A stretch of 64,000 bases of DNA, taken from the NCBI RefSeq assembly GCF_018977255.1, contig NW_024704743.1, positions 93,560,001 through 93,624,000 of the forward strand, in the 5' to 3' direction. A program made the position numbers and the translations under genes. This DNA comes from Callorhinchus milii. Lineage: Eukaryota. Of this stretch, positions 1 to 12,937 are shown piece after piece. How positions within the stretch are numbered: position 1 is the stretch's first letter; the number at the start of each line of letters is the position of its first letter. The notes beneath the pieces were generated by a model. The model was not told the DNA's origin. It ran no database searches and saw only the letters and a program-made list of their open reading frames with translations.

Positions 1-831
1 GGAAATCCTTTAAGAAATCCTGATTAATTTATACTGCAATGAGTATGGCTTGTTTCAAAACAGAAAACACTGGTTACCCTAAAAATAAGCTTCATGTTGT
101 GATATTAGTCTGCTTCTTTACCTAACACGCATTATGCTGTCTTACTTCAGTGAAAATTCCATGAAGCCAAACTGAGCACGGTGGCTTCATCCCTTGTTGA
201 CATTTCTTTGAAAATGCTCTTTATATTCTGGGCTGGTGGCTTTTGTTTTCAGCTACATATAAATAAGACTTGGTAAGACAGTGAAAAACTCGCTGGCCTC
301 CTCATCAGTAGACCTCTCAAACTATCGAACCTTAAAAGTTAAGAAGTATTTGCCATGTTAAAGTGGAATTATTAAAGAATTGAATAGGTGATCTTCAATC
401 ATTAACAAATTTATGAATTTTATGGAGATAATATTTATAATCTGAATTAAAAAGAAATATTGTGTAAAATTTGGTTTTAATGTTATAGAAAAAAACATTA
501 TTGCTGTGAGGTTTTGTGTTTATTACAGGTACAGAATGGAATTGTAGTTTATGCAACATGGCCAACCATAGCAACATTACTTAACTTTGCAATTGAACTG
601 ACGTATAGTGCCAATGTTGATATTTACACATCTGGCACAGTCGCCTTGTCCATCCTTGCTTTTCAAGTGGTTTTGTGGTATGTACTGGTCCTGTGTTTTA
701 AAACTAGCACCATACTTGTTAATAATAGAAATTTATACTTATACATCTAGTTATAAATAGAGTGAAATATTTTGAGTGATCTGCTGCATTAAATGTTGAC
801 GTGCCTTTGCCATCAATACTTATGGATACTT

Positions 832-1132
832 GTGGAGTCCTGTAGCTCAGTGGTTAGAGCACTCGCTTTGCAAGCGAGAGACCTGAGTTCAATTCCAGGC
901 AGGGCGAAACCTTGGGCAAGTTTCCTTTCTCCACACGCCTAATAATAATCCCTCAAAAAAAAAACAATAATAAATTGGTCATTTTCAATCTACGACTGTT
1001 TGTGGGACATTGCTGTGCGCAATTGGCTGCCGCGTTCGCCCACAAATATACAGTCAATTCACTTTACAGTGTGTTCTGTGAAGTGCTTTGGGACGTCCTC
1101 CCGACGTGAAAAGCGCTATATCAAATGCAAGG

Positions 1133-1163
<31 letters not shown>
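832..1163 (+). mobile_element. tRNA-Ala-derived Deu-domain SINE, young subfamily with L2-type tail
   Basis: tRNA-like head with A/B boxes and anticodon arm CTCGC-TTTGCAA-GCGAG; Deu core CTGTTTGTGGGACATTGCTGTGCGCAATTGGCTGCC; tail GGGACGTCCTCCCGACGTGAAAAGCGCTAT followed by (ATT)n. Confidence 0.9.
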
Positions 1164-1164
<1 letters not shown>

Positions 1165-2569
1165 GCTTAACTTAGAATAAGGGTAATGAAATTATGTTAA
1201 TACCATCATCATAACTTACCAATGACATTAGAAAATGGATTCATGGAACCAATTCATTCCGATAGACATTGTACAACTCACACGCTATAGATATTTGACA
1301 ATTTATTTAATATCTTCAGTCTTTCAGGAAGAAGACATTTGCATATAATTAATAAAATGTTCCTTTATAGGAGTTCAAATATCACAACAAACTTGGAAAA
1401 TAGGCTTCATCTCCTAGCTGGTATTGAATTGAATCTATATTTACAAAATGAAAGAGAGCTTCAAAGCTCTGTTATTTGAAATGAAGCCTAGTTAATTGGC
1501 TTTGTTAATTATACATCTCACTGTAAAATGATGATATCCTTAATTCAGTTTCCAGTTAACTCTTTTTGATGTTAAATGACACGAGGCAGGTGGCCTTTAT
1601 TTGATGGTTTGTAGAAACAGTGGGGTGTATTTTATGTTGATTGCTAAAAATAGCAATCTTTCATTCTGACTTTAAAATGGAAACACAGCTCATAGCACAA
1701 TTTTTAGTGATGATCATTAAATAAGCCCAAAGTGTTTCTGAAGGTTTAGCTGGTCTGTTCAATTACTGATTTCACTTTTAATGGGACCTTACTAGTATAT
1801 TATAGCGTACAAGCACAAATGAAATCATGAGTAACAATGACAGGATTTATTTTTGTCCCCAGATTCTGTTTGGAGAATTTTGTGCTGGACAAGTATGTGC
1901 ACTATACACTTACAGTCTATCCAGTTGTCATAGTGGCATTGTCAGGATTTTTAAACAATAACTTCAACATCAATTCCCCAAGCAGGAACAACATTTATAT
2001 TGGTGAGTATGGACAAGATTTTGAAGAAGAAGTATGAGATGTTGGAGGTTGGGGGGAGTGACTGTTATTCCTATTGGGAAAGTTATAGCATAATTCACAA
2101 TTTGCAATCAATTCCTTGAATTATTGTTGCCCTGATCTACTAAAAGCCAGTTCAATCAGGGAGACCACTTTTAGGAGAATATCTATTAGACCTGGTACTC
2201 ATTTTCTCAACCTAAAGGTTGTACGGCTGAATGAACCCACCAAGATTTGAAACTCAGAACATGCAGAACATCCCAACATAGTACTCCACTGGCTGAGCTA
2301 CCCAGGATATCTACATTTCATGTTACTTTTTATGTATGATACAATCTTACCACCATGTTTTCCATTCCAATTAGTGAAAATAAGTTCCAATTGCAGCATT
2401 TCGGTGTTTCAGAGTTTTAATAAATAATGAATTCCGAGTCCAAAAGACTTCAGAATGACCTGCAGCAATTCCACTCTAATAAAATCTAATAACAATAATC
2501 AATAATCCTTAATTTAGTAATCTATTGCTGGATCAGATTTCTCACCATCAAGATTTCAACCATTTTAGA

Positions 2570-2790
2570 ACTCTCTCCCCACCTTCAAAATTCATTTAAT
2601 AAGTTATCTTTTTGTCCATGCCTTTGACCTCCTGTTTGACCGAGCCTTCGGCCGCCCTTCCTACCCTCCTTGCCCTCCACCCTCTCCAATCCCAACTCCC
2701 TGCTCAGGTCCAAATCCTTGACTGTCCAGTGCCTTGGGACATCCTCCCAACGTGAAAGGTGCAAAACAAGTGCAATTTTGTATTGTATTG
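2570..2790 (+). mobile_element. L2 LINE 3' end fragment
   Basis: Matches the 3' UTR and tail of the L2 copies at 27.4-27.6 kb and 54.2-54.4 kb (CTGTCCAGTGCCTTGGGACATCCTCCC..GTGAAAGG). Confidence 0.75.
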
Positions 2791-3120
2791 TATCAGCACT
2801 CCCCTTCTTTTCTCCTTGCTCATGATCTCCATTGTCACTGTAAAACCATTCATTTTACGTGAAAGGTGTTATGAGTGCAAGTTGTTCACTTCAATACATC
2901 AGTTTTACTTTTGGTGCAAAAGAAAATACCTTTATTCATTAGACTGTCAACCCATTTCATCACTGCAACATAGTTCACTTATTGTACCCACAAAAATTGT
3001 AGAATAAAAGATTCCCACCAAGCTTCAGTCTGGTCCAGCACAGATTCAACTTAAGTTTGGTGCAATTCCTTCTAATTCACCCCCTCTTTTTCCAATAAAT
3101 GACAAAGAGGCTATAAAAGA

Positions 3121-3478
3121 TAATAATAATCCTTTCATTTGATATAGCGCCTTATCACATCTTCAAGACGTCTCAAAGTATTTCACGGAATATACTGTAA
3201 AGTGAATTGACTATATTTTTTGTGGGCGTAATGCGGCCGCCAATTGCATACAGCAGTGTCCCACAAACAGTTGTAGATTGAGTGACCAAATTTTTTTTAA
3301 AAGGGATTATTACCCTCGGAAAAGCGATCCACCAATCGACTAACAACTGGTTTACTACTACATAAACAGAGGCGTGTGGAGAAAGGAAACTTGCCCAACG
3401 TTTCGCCCTGCCCAGGAATCAAACCCAGGTCCTCTTGCTTGCAAGGCAAGTGCTCTAATTATCAAACTACAGGAATCC
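3121..3478 (-). mobile_element. tRNA-derived Deu SINE, older/long subfamily, full length
   Basis: Reverse complement of head, extra internal segment, Deu core and GAGACGTC..GATGTGATAAGGCGCT tail. Confidence 0.85.
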
Positions 3479-6400
3479 ATATAGACAGAATGGGAAACAG
3501 AGGAGCTGAGTTTGTTATGGGAAGCCTGAGCCTTCTACCATTTGTCGTAGGACCTCGCAAATAGGTTGCGTATCCTATAGCACTAAGCCATACTAATGAG
3601 AAGGTTCTAAATTAGTCCCAGGTCTGTGCTGAATTAGCTGACATCAACTAGGCAGCAGCTTGGAGTGTTACAATTGCCCCTGCATGCTTTGTTTTAAATA
3701 GGAGAAAATCAAACAGGGGTTGAAATTTATGTTATGGTTAATGCCTTTTGATGTTATAACTGAATGTAAATTGTTGAAAGTTGCCTTACCCACCCAAACA
3801 TTGTTATACCATCTTCCTGATCATTGTCATGGTGTAAAGCACACACACAAGATGGAAGACAAATTGAATGAACTGGGGTATTTCAGCTGCATGTAGTGGA
3901 AATGAGACCATTCCAGAGCAGAGCAAAGAACAAACATACCTTGAAATGCCACTACCGGTGAATGGCTGAAGCTAATGCTGTATTTTAGTGTGATCATTTT
4001 ATATTGCATTCTTCATGCATCATTCTGAAAATGAAAAGTGTGCCCTTGTTTGAACTACTAATGAGGTTATTCTCTTTTATTTCCCAGCTGTACTGCTGCC
4101 ATTTGCTTGTGTTACTCTTGCAGCACGGATCGCCCTAGTTATTTGAAGATATTTGGAGCGACCTCTCTATCAGGATGTGCACAATTTCAGAGCTACTGGA
4201 AAAGAGAGGCCAAATGATAGCTCTACTTAACACGAAGATGTAAAACTGAACCCCATGCTAAATGGTATAACAGCAGAGCTTTTTTAAATAGAAATTTAGA
4301 TCAGCTAATGAATCCCTTATTATAACTCTAATGGAGGGATACTGAAATTCCTTTTAATGTACACTTTAAACGTTCAATATTGCCACATTTGTGCAGCTCC
4401 TGCTACATTACACTGTTGCTATTGTAATTTTCTCCAAACCATATGCCTCACTCACTTCATGCAGTGAAACGGTTCAGTAGATAAGAAACAAAATGTTGCC
4501 AATCGATTTGAGATTCAGAATGTTTCCACTTTTAATGTCAACAAAGCATCAGAAAACGTAAAATGTTTCTTGATCTCAAAACAGGAAGGAATTGATGGAT
4601 ACAGTAATGTTCACAAAGACTAGGTTTTATGTGAAAGGAATGAGTATGATCGGTTAATTGGCCTTTCTTATCCACGCTTTCTTCTGTTTGTGCACTCTTA
4701 TTCCAAGCCTGGAGTTTATTAGCTGTTATCGATACCAGCTGATAAGCTAAGGAGTGATTATGTGAGCTGATAATTATGTGAGCAGTGGACAGCTCAATCT
4801 TTAGCTGGGATGTACAGATATTAGTAAAATGCAATTGGAAAGATTCTATGCTTTTTGATTTATTTACTGGTCTTGTGACTGTAAGGTTACATTGAGATTT
4901 AATTTATATGATCAAATTACCAAGATCAATAACTTTACCAATGATCAGAGAATCGCTGCACAAAAGTCTAACTTTAAAGTAAAAGTTTATTCATTTCACA
5001 CACACTGCTCTGGATTATGATGTACAGGATAGTAATTCAAGTTTTCCGTGATTTTCAAACATCAGCAATGCAAACATCAGAATTCAAACCTTGACCGCTC
5101 ACCGTGACCATTTCTATCTTGCTCTATGTCTGTTTTGAACTTGAAAAAAGGTGAGACTTTATGGCTCTTACTAATGGAAAGAGAGAAAAATGTTCAGCAG
5201 AGCTGTAAGGAGAAGTGAAGTTGTAATGATAATTTGTTATAACTTCCTCCCCTGACCCTATCCCTGGATTTTCTTGAAATAAGCAGCAGTAGCCAGCACA
5301 AGAGGAGTGTTTGAATAAAGCAATTATTTCTCCAGAGCTCTGGCTGATCTCTCCTTGCCTGGATCTCCACTGGGGGACATCTTCCTCCAAGCTGTCCCCA
5401 ATTGTCCTATTTTGTCTTTTCAGGATGAGCTCATTGCACTGCATTGACTTGGGGGCAAGCTGTACAATGAACAATATTGGCTACCAAATATCTTCAGAAG
5501 AGATCAAACAATAATCTTATTGTACGGAGCAAAATACAGTATTTTTTCTTAAATAAAAGATGTTTGCATTGTTGAAATTTTGAAAATACATTCTTAATGA
5601 TTCACTTTGAATCTATCCTAGTCCTATAGTGAATAAAATTGCCACATAATGAAACTGCTTGTCTTTGACTTTGAACAAAGAGCCTTTCATAAACAAGTAA
5701 ACAATTCTGCATCTCCCATGGAATAAGCCCAGTGATATTATCAAGAACTGGAGCTGTTCTGCAGCTGGATGATTATAGCAGGCTGTTGATTCTTAATTGT
5801 AATGAAGAATGAAATTGCAGATTTTCTTGAGATGCAAATATTATTTGCAAGTATTTTTTCTCTGCTTTTGCCGGAAATAATTTGATTTTTTCATCTGATG
5901 AAGGATGGTACACTTCGGATGTCACCTGCCGAATGGCCAGGTGATTAATGTTCAGTCATTTTCCCCCCCTGAAATATTCTTCTCTTTTATGATGCTTAAA
6001 ATCCTTCATCGTTGAGCAGTTAATCAAATCCACATTAAAGATTACACATTGTTACACCCTAATGTGATGCAGCTCCTCATCAAAGGGAATTGGGTTTAAA
6101 TAGCATTCATTTATTACTAACTTGCAAGAAACAGAAGACAAGTTTAAATACATGTTCAGGGTGAAGAAAATGTAACATTTATCATTCCAAGTGTGCTTAA
6201 AGGTATGAGGAATGGCACAGTCTGAAGTATTCCATGGAATATGGTTATTTCTGGACTGGTGGAGAGAAGGGAATTTTATCTTTGCAGGAAAACAATCATG
6301 ATTGGTGCAAATATGGGGATAGATCCACCACTGTCAAGCCCTCTGGGACGCAAGTTGTTGTTAATTTAAAATATTTGCTTAAATGCATTTGGGGTTCACG

Positions 6401-6911
6401 GAGCATTTATCCAGTAACTCCTCAAACAGATAAGATGGTTGATGTTCTTGGTAGGGTAGGTTTTTTGTGGTTTATTGAGGGCATAGGCTTGATGGGGTGA
6501 AAGGTATTCTCGTTTTTTTGTGTTCTCACTCAAGTTGTTTGCATGGATTTTATTGAGACTTGTTATAGAGCAGACCTGGAAGTGACCTGGGAGCCTGTTC
6601 AGAAGAACTCTTTCCCCCCCCCACTCAACCCCTCCCCCCCCACCAAAAAGGCGAGAAAATTAAGTTTAACATGTTCTGGTTTTAAGAAAACTGAAGGAAA
6701 TTAATATCTGAAATGGGCTCTGTAATCACATTTGCAAATGGAAATTTGTCCATTGATGTTTTTGTCTCCAGTGCCTATAAGTGATGGGCCTTTTTGGGCC
6801 TTTTACGGTGTGTTATTGTAATTGTAATGGTAAGCGAAGTTGATGCTGTACATCACTTACTGTCAGAAAAAATCACCACTTACACTACCCCCAGTTGTAA
6901 GGATCAATGCA

Positions 6912-7120
6912 TAATAATAATAATCAATAAATAATTGCATTTGATATAGCGCTTTTCACGTCAAGAGGACGTCCCACAGCGCTTCACAGAACACACTGTA
7001 AAGTGAATTGACTGTATATTTGTGGGTGAACGCGGCAGCCAATTGCGCACAGCAATGTCCCACAAACAGTCGTAGATTGAAAATGACCAATTTATTATTG
7101 GTTTTGGTTTTGGAGGGATT
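6912..7120 (-). mobile_element. 5'-truncated Deu SINE, young subfamily
   Basis: Nearly identical to the 3' two-thirds of the 832-1163 copy. Confidence 0.85.
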
Positions 7121-10100
7121 CCAAAGGTGCACCTTGATAGAACCCCAACAATGCTTATTTTTTTCACATTGATATGGCAATTTGGTGGCAAACTTAAGGA
7201 AGGAACTTAATTATTCGAGATGTAACATCCTCGATGTAGCTTTAAACATTTATGTAATTGTGTCCAAATCTTTTAACATGTTGACCGCTTTGATCAGTTT
7301 TAAATTTTGAGGTTATACTTTTACTAACCATATTTATTCATTTTGATTACTGTTTTATTATTGCAGTCAACATAGGCAATCAATTTTGTTGAAATATTTT
7401 GAAGTAAATTTTGCTTGATTCAATAATGGAAGAAATATAGCGAGCAATCCCTGGAACTAAACCCATAGCTTGACGGAACTGTTTCATGGGATGTTCCTTT
7501 TATAATTGGCTAGATTATTCAATCACCTGAATGACAGATATTTTCTAAGAGTCAAATGAATTGCTTTTTGCAAGCAAGGAAGAGAGGTGAAGCCTAGGTG
7601 ATGACTGTAATTTGTTCTAGTACTGTTTTTTTAGACCACTTTCAAACGTAGAAACACACTGATGAGATTGCCAACTGCTGTTACAAAGTGAAAGTTGTGT
7701 TGCTATAGTGCCTTTACTGTGGTAATCTAATCAGCTGTTCTATTGGACACTATTACCTGATCAGCTCTTTCTAAATTCTGGTCAATAGATGGAAAATAAT
7801 TTGAACCTTGTATTTACAAAACCGTTTTCACCTTTCAATTATTTGTTGGGTTACAATGTAATTCAGTGCCACATTTGATAATAAATTTCATTCCTTTTGT
7901 TTTAATAGACATTAAGGGAGAGTGTAGAATGTTTAATCTTGCTGCTGCACAAAACCAATCTATCCGACTATATATTTTATACCAACATAGCTTTACATTA
8001 ATGTAACACCGTGCAAAACTATTTTGTACTATTTTGTACAGCATTTAAAATTGAATTTTGTTTACACAAATTAAACTTCTTTTCAAATGTAAAATCTCCA
8101 TTCATTTTGTTTTTCGAAATACCAGGCAAGGTGGCTTCAGTTCAGATTACGTATATGCGCAAATATATGAAAAAATATTCTGGGCTAGATTTAATTTGTT
8201 TTAAAATGTTCCCCTTCACTTATCCCTACGCTGACTGCATTGTACACTGTCTGTGTCTGAGAAATCAAGCTGGAAAAGTCAGTCAGCCAGTCACTAGAAG
8301 AGTTGTCAAGACGACAGGTCTTATTCCCAAGCATTTCAGGGGCACTGTAAAGATCCTATGACACTGTTGGAAAACAGAAGGGTATTTCTTCCGATGTCCT
8401 CCCCAGCAATTGTCTCATGGCTGTTTGAGGGACTTTGCGTGCAACATGCAAGGATCATTATTATTATTATAACATGGCTATCATGTTTGTCTCATAAACA
8501 GTCACTAGACTTGACAGTAATTACCAATGGATCTCTTAAGACATTTTGTTGTGATAAATCACTTTAAACATGCATTTTGTTTGCTTTCAGAGACCTGTAA
8601 CACCCTAACTCAGTAAATTCTGAGTGTATTCTGTGAGGTGCTCTGAGACGTGATGAGTTGCTATATCAAATGCAAGGATTATTATTATTAACTCAACTCT
8701 GGCAGCCGCAGTTGCCTAAAAAATCAATTGCTACGCATGACAGTAATTTACTGTGAAATGCTTTCAGATGTTTTGATGTGATCAGGCGCTATAAGTATGC
8801 TAGTTCTTTATGTCTTGCCATTCATTGTGAAGAAATCCCAGACTTTAATTTGACATCTGGCAACCGAGGCAAGCTTCCGAGTAGGAATTCATCCATGTGG
8901 TGAATCACGGACGCAAACCCACTGTTTACCACTTGTTGAAATAGTGGGTAGATCCCAAACACTCCATGTCATTGTTCCATCCTTTTTCCTGTGCATTGGT
9001 GCTGAACAACGTTAGCCATAGCACCAATGGCAACGCAGCAGAGGGTGGAAATGTACATATTTATATCAAAAAGAGCACTCTTCCTATGGTCCCATAGCCT
9101 CTATATAACAGTGTTAGAGGTGACCCATCGTACATAGATAAAATCTATTCCTGCATATTTACACAAGCCAGATAAATATTAGGAAATATTTCGCAAATGT
9201 TTCATAAATAGTCCTGGCATGTGACATAGCTACTATAAATGTTGTGTTGACTTCTGTCGAAGTAGGGATTATGTATTTGTGGGCAATAGTGGCAGTTAAC
9301 TTGCATCCAGCAAGATACCATTATCAATCATAAAGTGAATTATCAATTTATTTGAGCATTGATGGCCAGAAAACTTTCTTTGCATTTTGAACATGGGATC
9401 TTTAACGTCATGTTGAACAGGCAGATAGGTCCTCAGTTTAACATCTGAAGGATGGTATCTGTGATAACGCAACACTCCCCAATATAGTATAATAAGTATT
9501 TACATTAAAAATACAGGTTTTTTATGTCATCCATTTCATGTTTGTTTGAAACCAAAGTTATGAAATAAACTACAAATTAATAAAAAAAATTCACGAGTCA
9601 AATATTAATAGAAGTTCACTTCTCACTTTTGCTGTACTGCAGTCTGCCCTTATTTTGAAATAACTTTGGTTATTAAATATAATAACTAAATATTTTTTGC
9701 CATGTTACTGCCATAATTTTCCAGCAGAAGCACCAGTTCACAACTTGCACCAGTCCTTACACTGCAGACTGAATCTCTGCTGCTATCTGCTGTTAGGTAG
9801 CTGAAACTACAATGCAGTAAATGTTGCAGTCATGATGTCATTTGATTTTGAAGCCTGGTTTTGCAGAATTAAATCAATGGGTATAACAAATCAGAAACAA
9901 AGGTGTAGATTTTCCACAAGTCATTGTTAAAAACCATTGATATGAAATTTGTTGGAAGTGCTATTTATTTTCTACTAGTGTGCTTTTCATAGCTGGGGGT
10001 ATCAGACACATGGACACCACATGCTGTGCTTAAGAGTCTCCAATTCCTGACAACTCACAGAGACAGAATCTCTGTTTGCCAGTTCTCGAGTGTGCAATCT

Positions 10101-10329
10101 TATTGGGGATTGGAACACATCCCAATCGCCAATACCTGAAAACACAGGCCCAAGTTAACAGAGGGCAATGTATTAGGGTCTTCAAAGTACATGATATGGA
10201 TGTATATGTGTGTGTGGAATAGGAGGGGCGAGGGAAGCATACAGTTGGAAATGAACCAGCTAAAACTGCACTGGTTACTAGATTCAGGCACTGGTAAACT
10301 TTCCAATCCTTGTCTAGCTAGGATCAAAA

Positions 10330-10505
10330 TAAATCGGTCACTTCGATACACGACTGTTTGTGGGACACTGTTGTACGCAATGGACTGCCACGTCTCACCC
10401 ACAAAATATACAGTCAATTCACTTTACAATATATTCTATGAAGCGCTTTGAAATGTCTCGAAGACGTGATAAGGTGCTAAATCAAATGTTAGGATTATTA
10501 TTATT
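10330..10505 (+). mobile_element. Deu SINE 3' half
   Basis: Deu core plus tail and (ATT)n. Confidence 0.8.
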
Positions 10506-12316
10506 ACATCATCCTTTCTATTAGGGTTTTGGCTTGGAGGATCATCCTATCTATTAGGGTATTTGTTGGCTTGGAGGGTTATCAGGAGATGAGTGGGTAG
10601 AATCCGAGCCCTCAGTGACATGTCTGTCCTGTCAGTTCTATTGAGAAGCCTGGTAGGCTGATCAATCATTAACAATAGCCTGAGATACTGCAGACCTGTT
10701 TGGCTCAGACATTAGATTACCAAAACAACCCTAAAGAGTTGCCTCAGTTCCCTTTGCAAGGAGTGTCACCATAAAGCTTGATACACCCCAGAGAGACCCT
10801 CTCACCCATATGAAGAATAGGCACACATTGCTTCTCTTGTTCGTAATGAACACACACAGGATAAACACTGTGATTGATGGCTGCTTTGTTTCTATTTTTA
10901 AAAATTGTGTTTTATTATATAAATTAGCCAAGAAAAAGGACCTTGACAAGCCCTTTGCCCTCCGCACACAATATTTATACATCGCATTAAAACCTCATGT
11001 GCCAGTGCCCACACTGGTTGGAGAATATCAGAGAAACAAGGGAAGTCAAAAGCAAGTGGTTACATTATGCTAGGTGTGTATTTTAGTACCAGTAAGGAGC
11101 GGGAGGAAAGGAAGATTAAAAAAAGTAAGGAATTTCATGATCCTGAGGTCCTGAAAAATATTGAGTAGAAGAGAGGATGAAGTACTGAGTTTTTATTTCA
11201 ACACAGTGAAGACATAGGAAAGGGGATAAGAATGGGAAGATTTGATGCTTGGGAGCAATGGATGAGTTGGAATTTTTTTTCTATTTAGCTCCTGATAACC
11301 AGGCTTTCAGAACAGACATTAAACTGGAATCCTGACTTTGGTACTACTCGAAAAGAGAAGGGAGTTTCTCCCTGGCTAGCAACCCCCCAGATGTAATCCA
11401 TCTTCTGGCTCTTAAAAGAACTTACAGAAACTGCCTGCAAATTTAAGGCTGTATTTAAAAATCTGAGAGTCTGGGTGTTCTGAAATATTAAGAAGATAGC
11501 ATAAATCTCGAATCAGGTGGAATTTTAGAAGGCAACAACACAATGTATTGGTTGACTCCAAGACATTGGATTCATTTCAGAAAAACGCTGACAATTTATA
11601 ACCTTGCTGATGTTGCTGTTCAAGCTTTTCTGTACAGAGGGAAAGTACAGATAAACTTTTCTTTAAAACGTGCTGTGTTCATCAGTTACCTTTGAGGAAT
11701 AACAACTCACTGGTGTTGGTGCACACTGTACACATTACTGCAGCAATAATGAAGTGATTGTAAACCACTGTTTTGGTTGTTACTCTCAGGTGAGGGAGTT
11801 GTGCTTTATCAATCTTCCAATTTAAATTGGTCATTCATTTGATGCCTGTTTGTAGAACGTTGCTGTGCATGAGTTGTCCACAGTCATTGCTACAAATGCA
11901 GTCACTGCACTTGACAGCAACCACTTGTGAAGCGTTTTGAGATGTTTCGACATAATAGGTGGAATATCAAATGCAAAAATTATTATCAACAATTATTGTG
12001 TTAGAACTGTGCCCCTCACACTATCCGTGTCATCATACAGCGCACATCAAGCAAATTCATTGAGAACTGAGATCTACAGCACACAAGGAGGTTGGTCGGC
12101 CCATTCTGTCTGTGCTGTTGTGATCTCCCACATTGCAGCTGATACCATTCTCTATGCCGTACAGAACATTATCCTAACTTCTCAAGTGCATTATCCCAAC
12201 TTCAAGCTTGCAGCACATTATAGCGTATTTGTGTTTCTATGTCTTCAGTAATAAGGGTCTCAATGTCCTAGATCAGAAATGGACGGCTTGTGGCCTACTA
12301 TCCCTGTCCAACATAA

Positions 12317-12937
12317 TCTAGATATATACTAATAAAATGTTTGTCTGTCTGTGTGTCAGTGTATCTGACAATCACGCAATAACCAATTGACGTAGGGACA
12401 TGATTTATACCTCATCGGAAAGGTCTAGCATCTGGCAGTATCATGTGTATATTTGTTTGGGGGGATCTCTCGTCATTGATGAGCTATATTAAAAAATGCT
12501 TTAATTAAGCCCCAAAATATGAGGTATGCATCATATTCTGCAATTGTGTAGTGACAGAGGAAAGCACACACCATTCAGAGAGAGATATCTATATTCTGCA
12601 ACAAATGTATGGCACTTTTTTCTAGTTGTCATGTGAGCTACAGTCCTCCCACATGAGACAGACAGAGATGAGAGAAAGAGACTGAGATAGTGAGAGAGAC
12701 TGAGAAAGAGACAGAGAGAGAGAGACTGAGATAGTGAGAGATTGTGAGAGAGACTGAGAGAGAGAAACAGAGAGACTTAGAGAGACTGTGAGAGAAAATA
12801 TATTAAAGGAGCCCTCCCACTGAGTCCTCCCAGGTGAGTATAGATGAAGATGAAATGTCTGTCTGTGTGTCTGTGTTTCAATCTACATCCCATATTGGAT
12901 CTTTTGGTGCAAGCAAAGCTGCAATGGGTACAGTTAG
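12317..12937 (+). mobile_element. Candidate non-autonomous Helitron-like element containing a GA-rich microsatellite
   Basis: Starts A|TC..TATATACTAATAAAATGTTTGTCTGTCTG and ends with a small hairpin (GCAAGC-AAA-GCTGC) then GGGTACAGTTAG|T. That is a TC...(C/T)TAG element between A and T with no TSD. Confidence 0.55.
12655..12796. repeat. Degenerate (GA)n / GAGACT microsatellite
   Basis: Directly visible gagagactgagatagtgagagagac... repeats. Confidence 0.9.

Larger units (their letters stand above)
529..4230 (+). pseudogene. 3' part (last 3 exons) of a si:ch211-161h7.5-type uncharacterised multi-pass membrane protein gene, probably pseudogenised; the 5' exons lie outside the window
   Basis: Exons 529-677 (VQNGIVVYATWPTIATLLNFAIELTY...VVL), 1863-2002 (FCLENFVLDKYVHYTLTVYPVVIVALSG...RNNIYI) and 4088-4230 (AVLLPFACVTLAARIALVI*RYLERPLY...) have GT-AG boundaries with matching phases (2, then 1). 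In-frame TGA is formed at the 677/1863 junction and at 4144-4146. Family call rests on recalled motifs (QNG..YATW..IATLLNF, WF.LENF..D, YPVVI.AL). Confidence 0.75.

Noticed and set aside
834..905. tRNA-Ala(TGC)-like sequence, also at the other SINE heads
   Set aside because: No proper acceptor stem, and it is always fused to the Deu core and L2 tail. These are SINE heads, not tRNA genes.
4144..4146. Selenocysteine reading of the in-frame TGA codons
   Set aside because: The homologous residues are Trp, not Cys, and I recognised no SECIS element (not formally searched).
5124..5514. Overlapping ORFs of 116 and 67 aa
   Set aside because: No motifs or splice support; they lie in the probable 3' UTR of the first gene.
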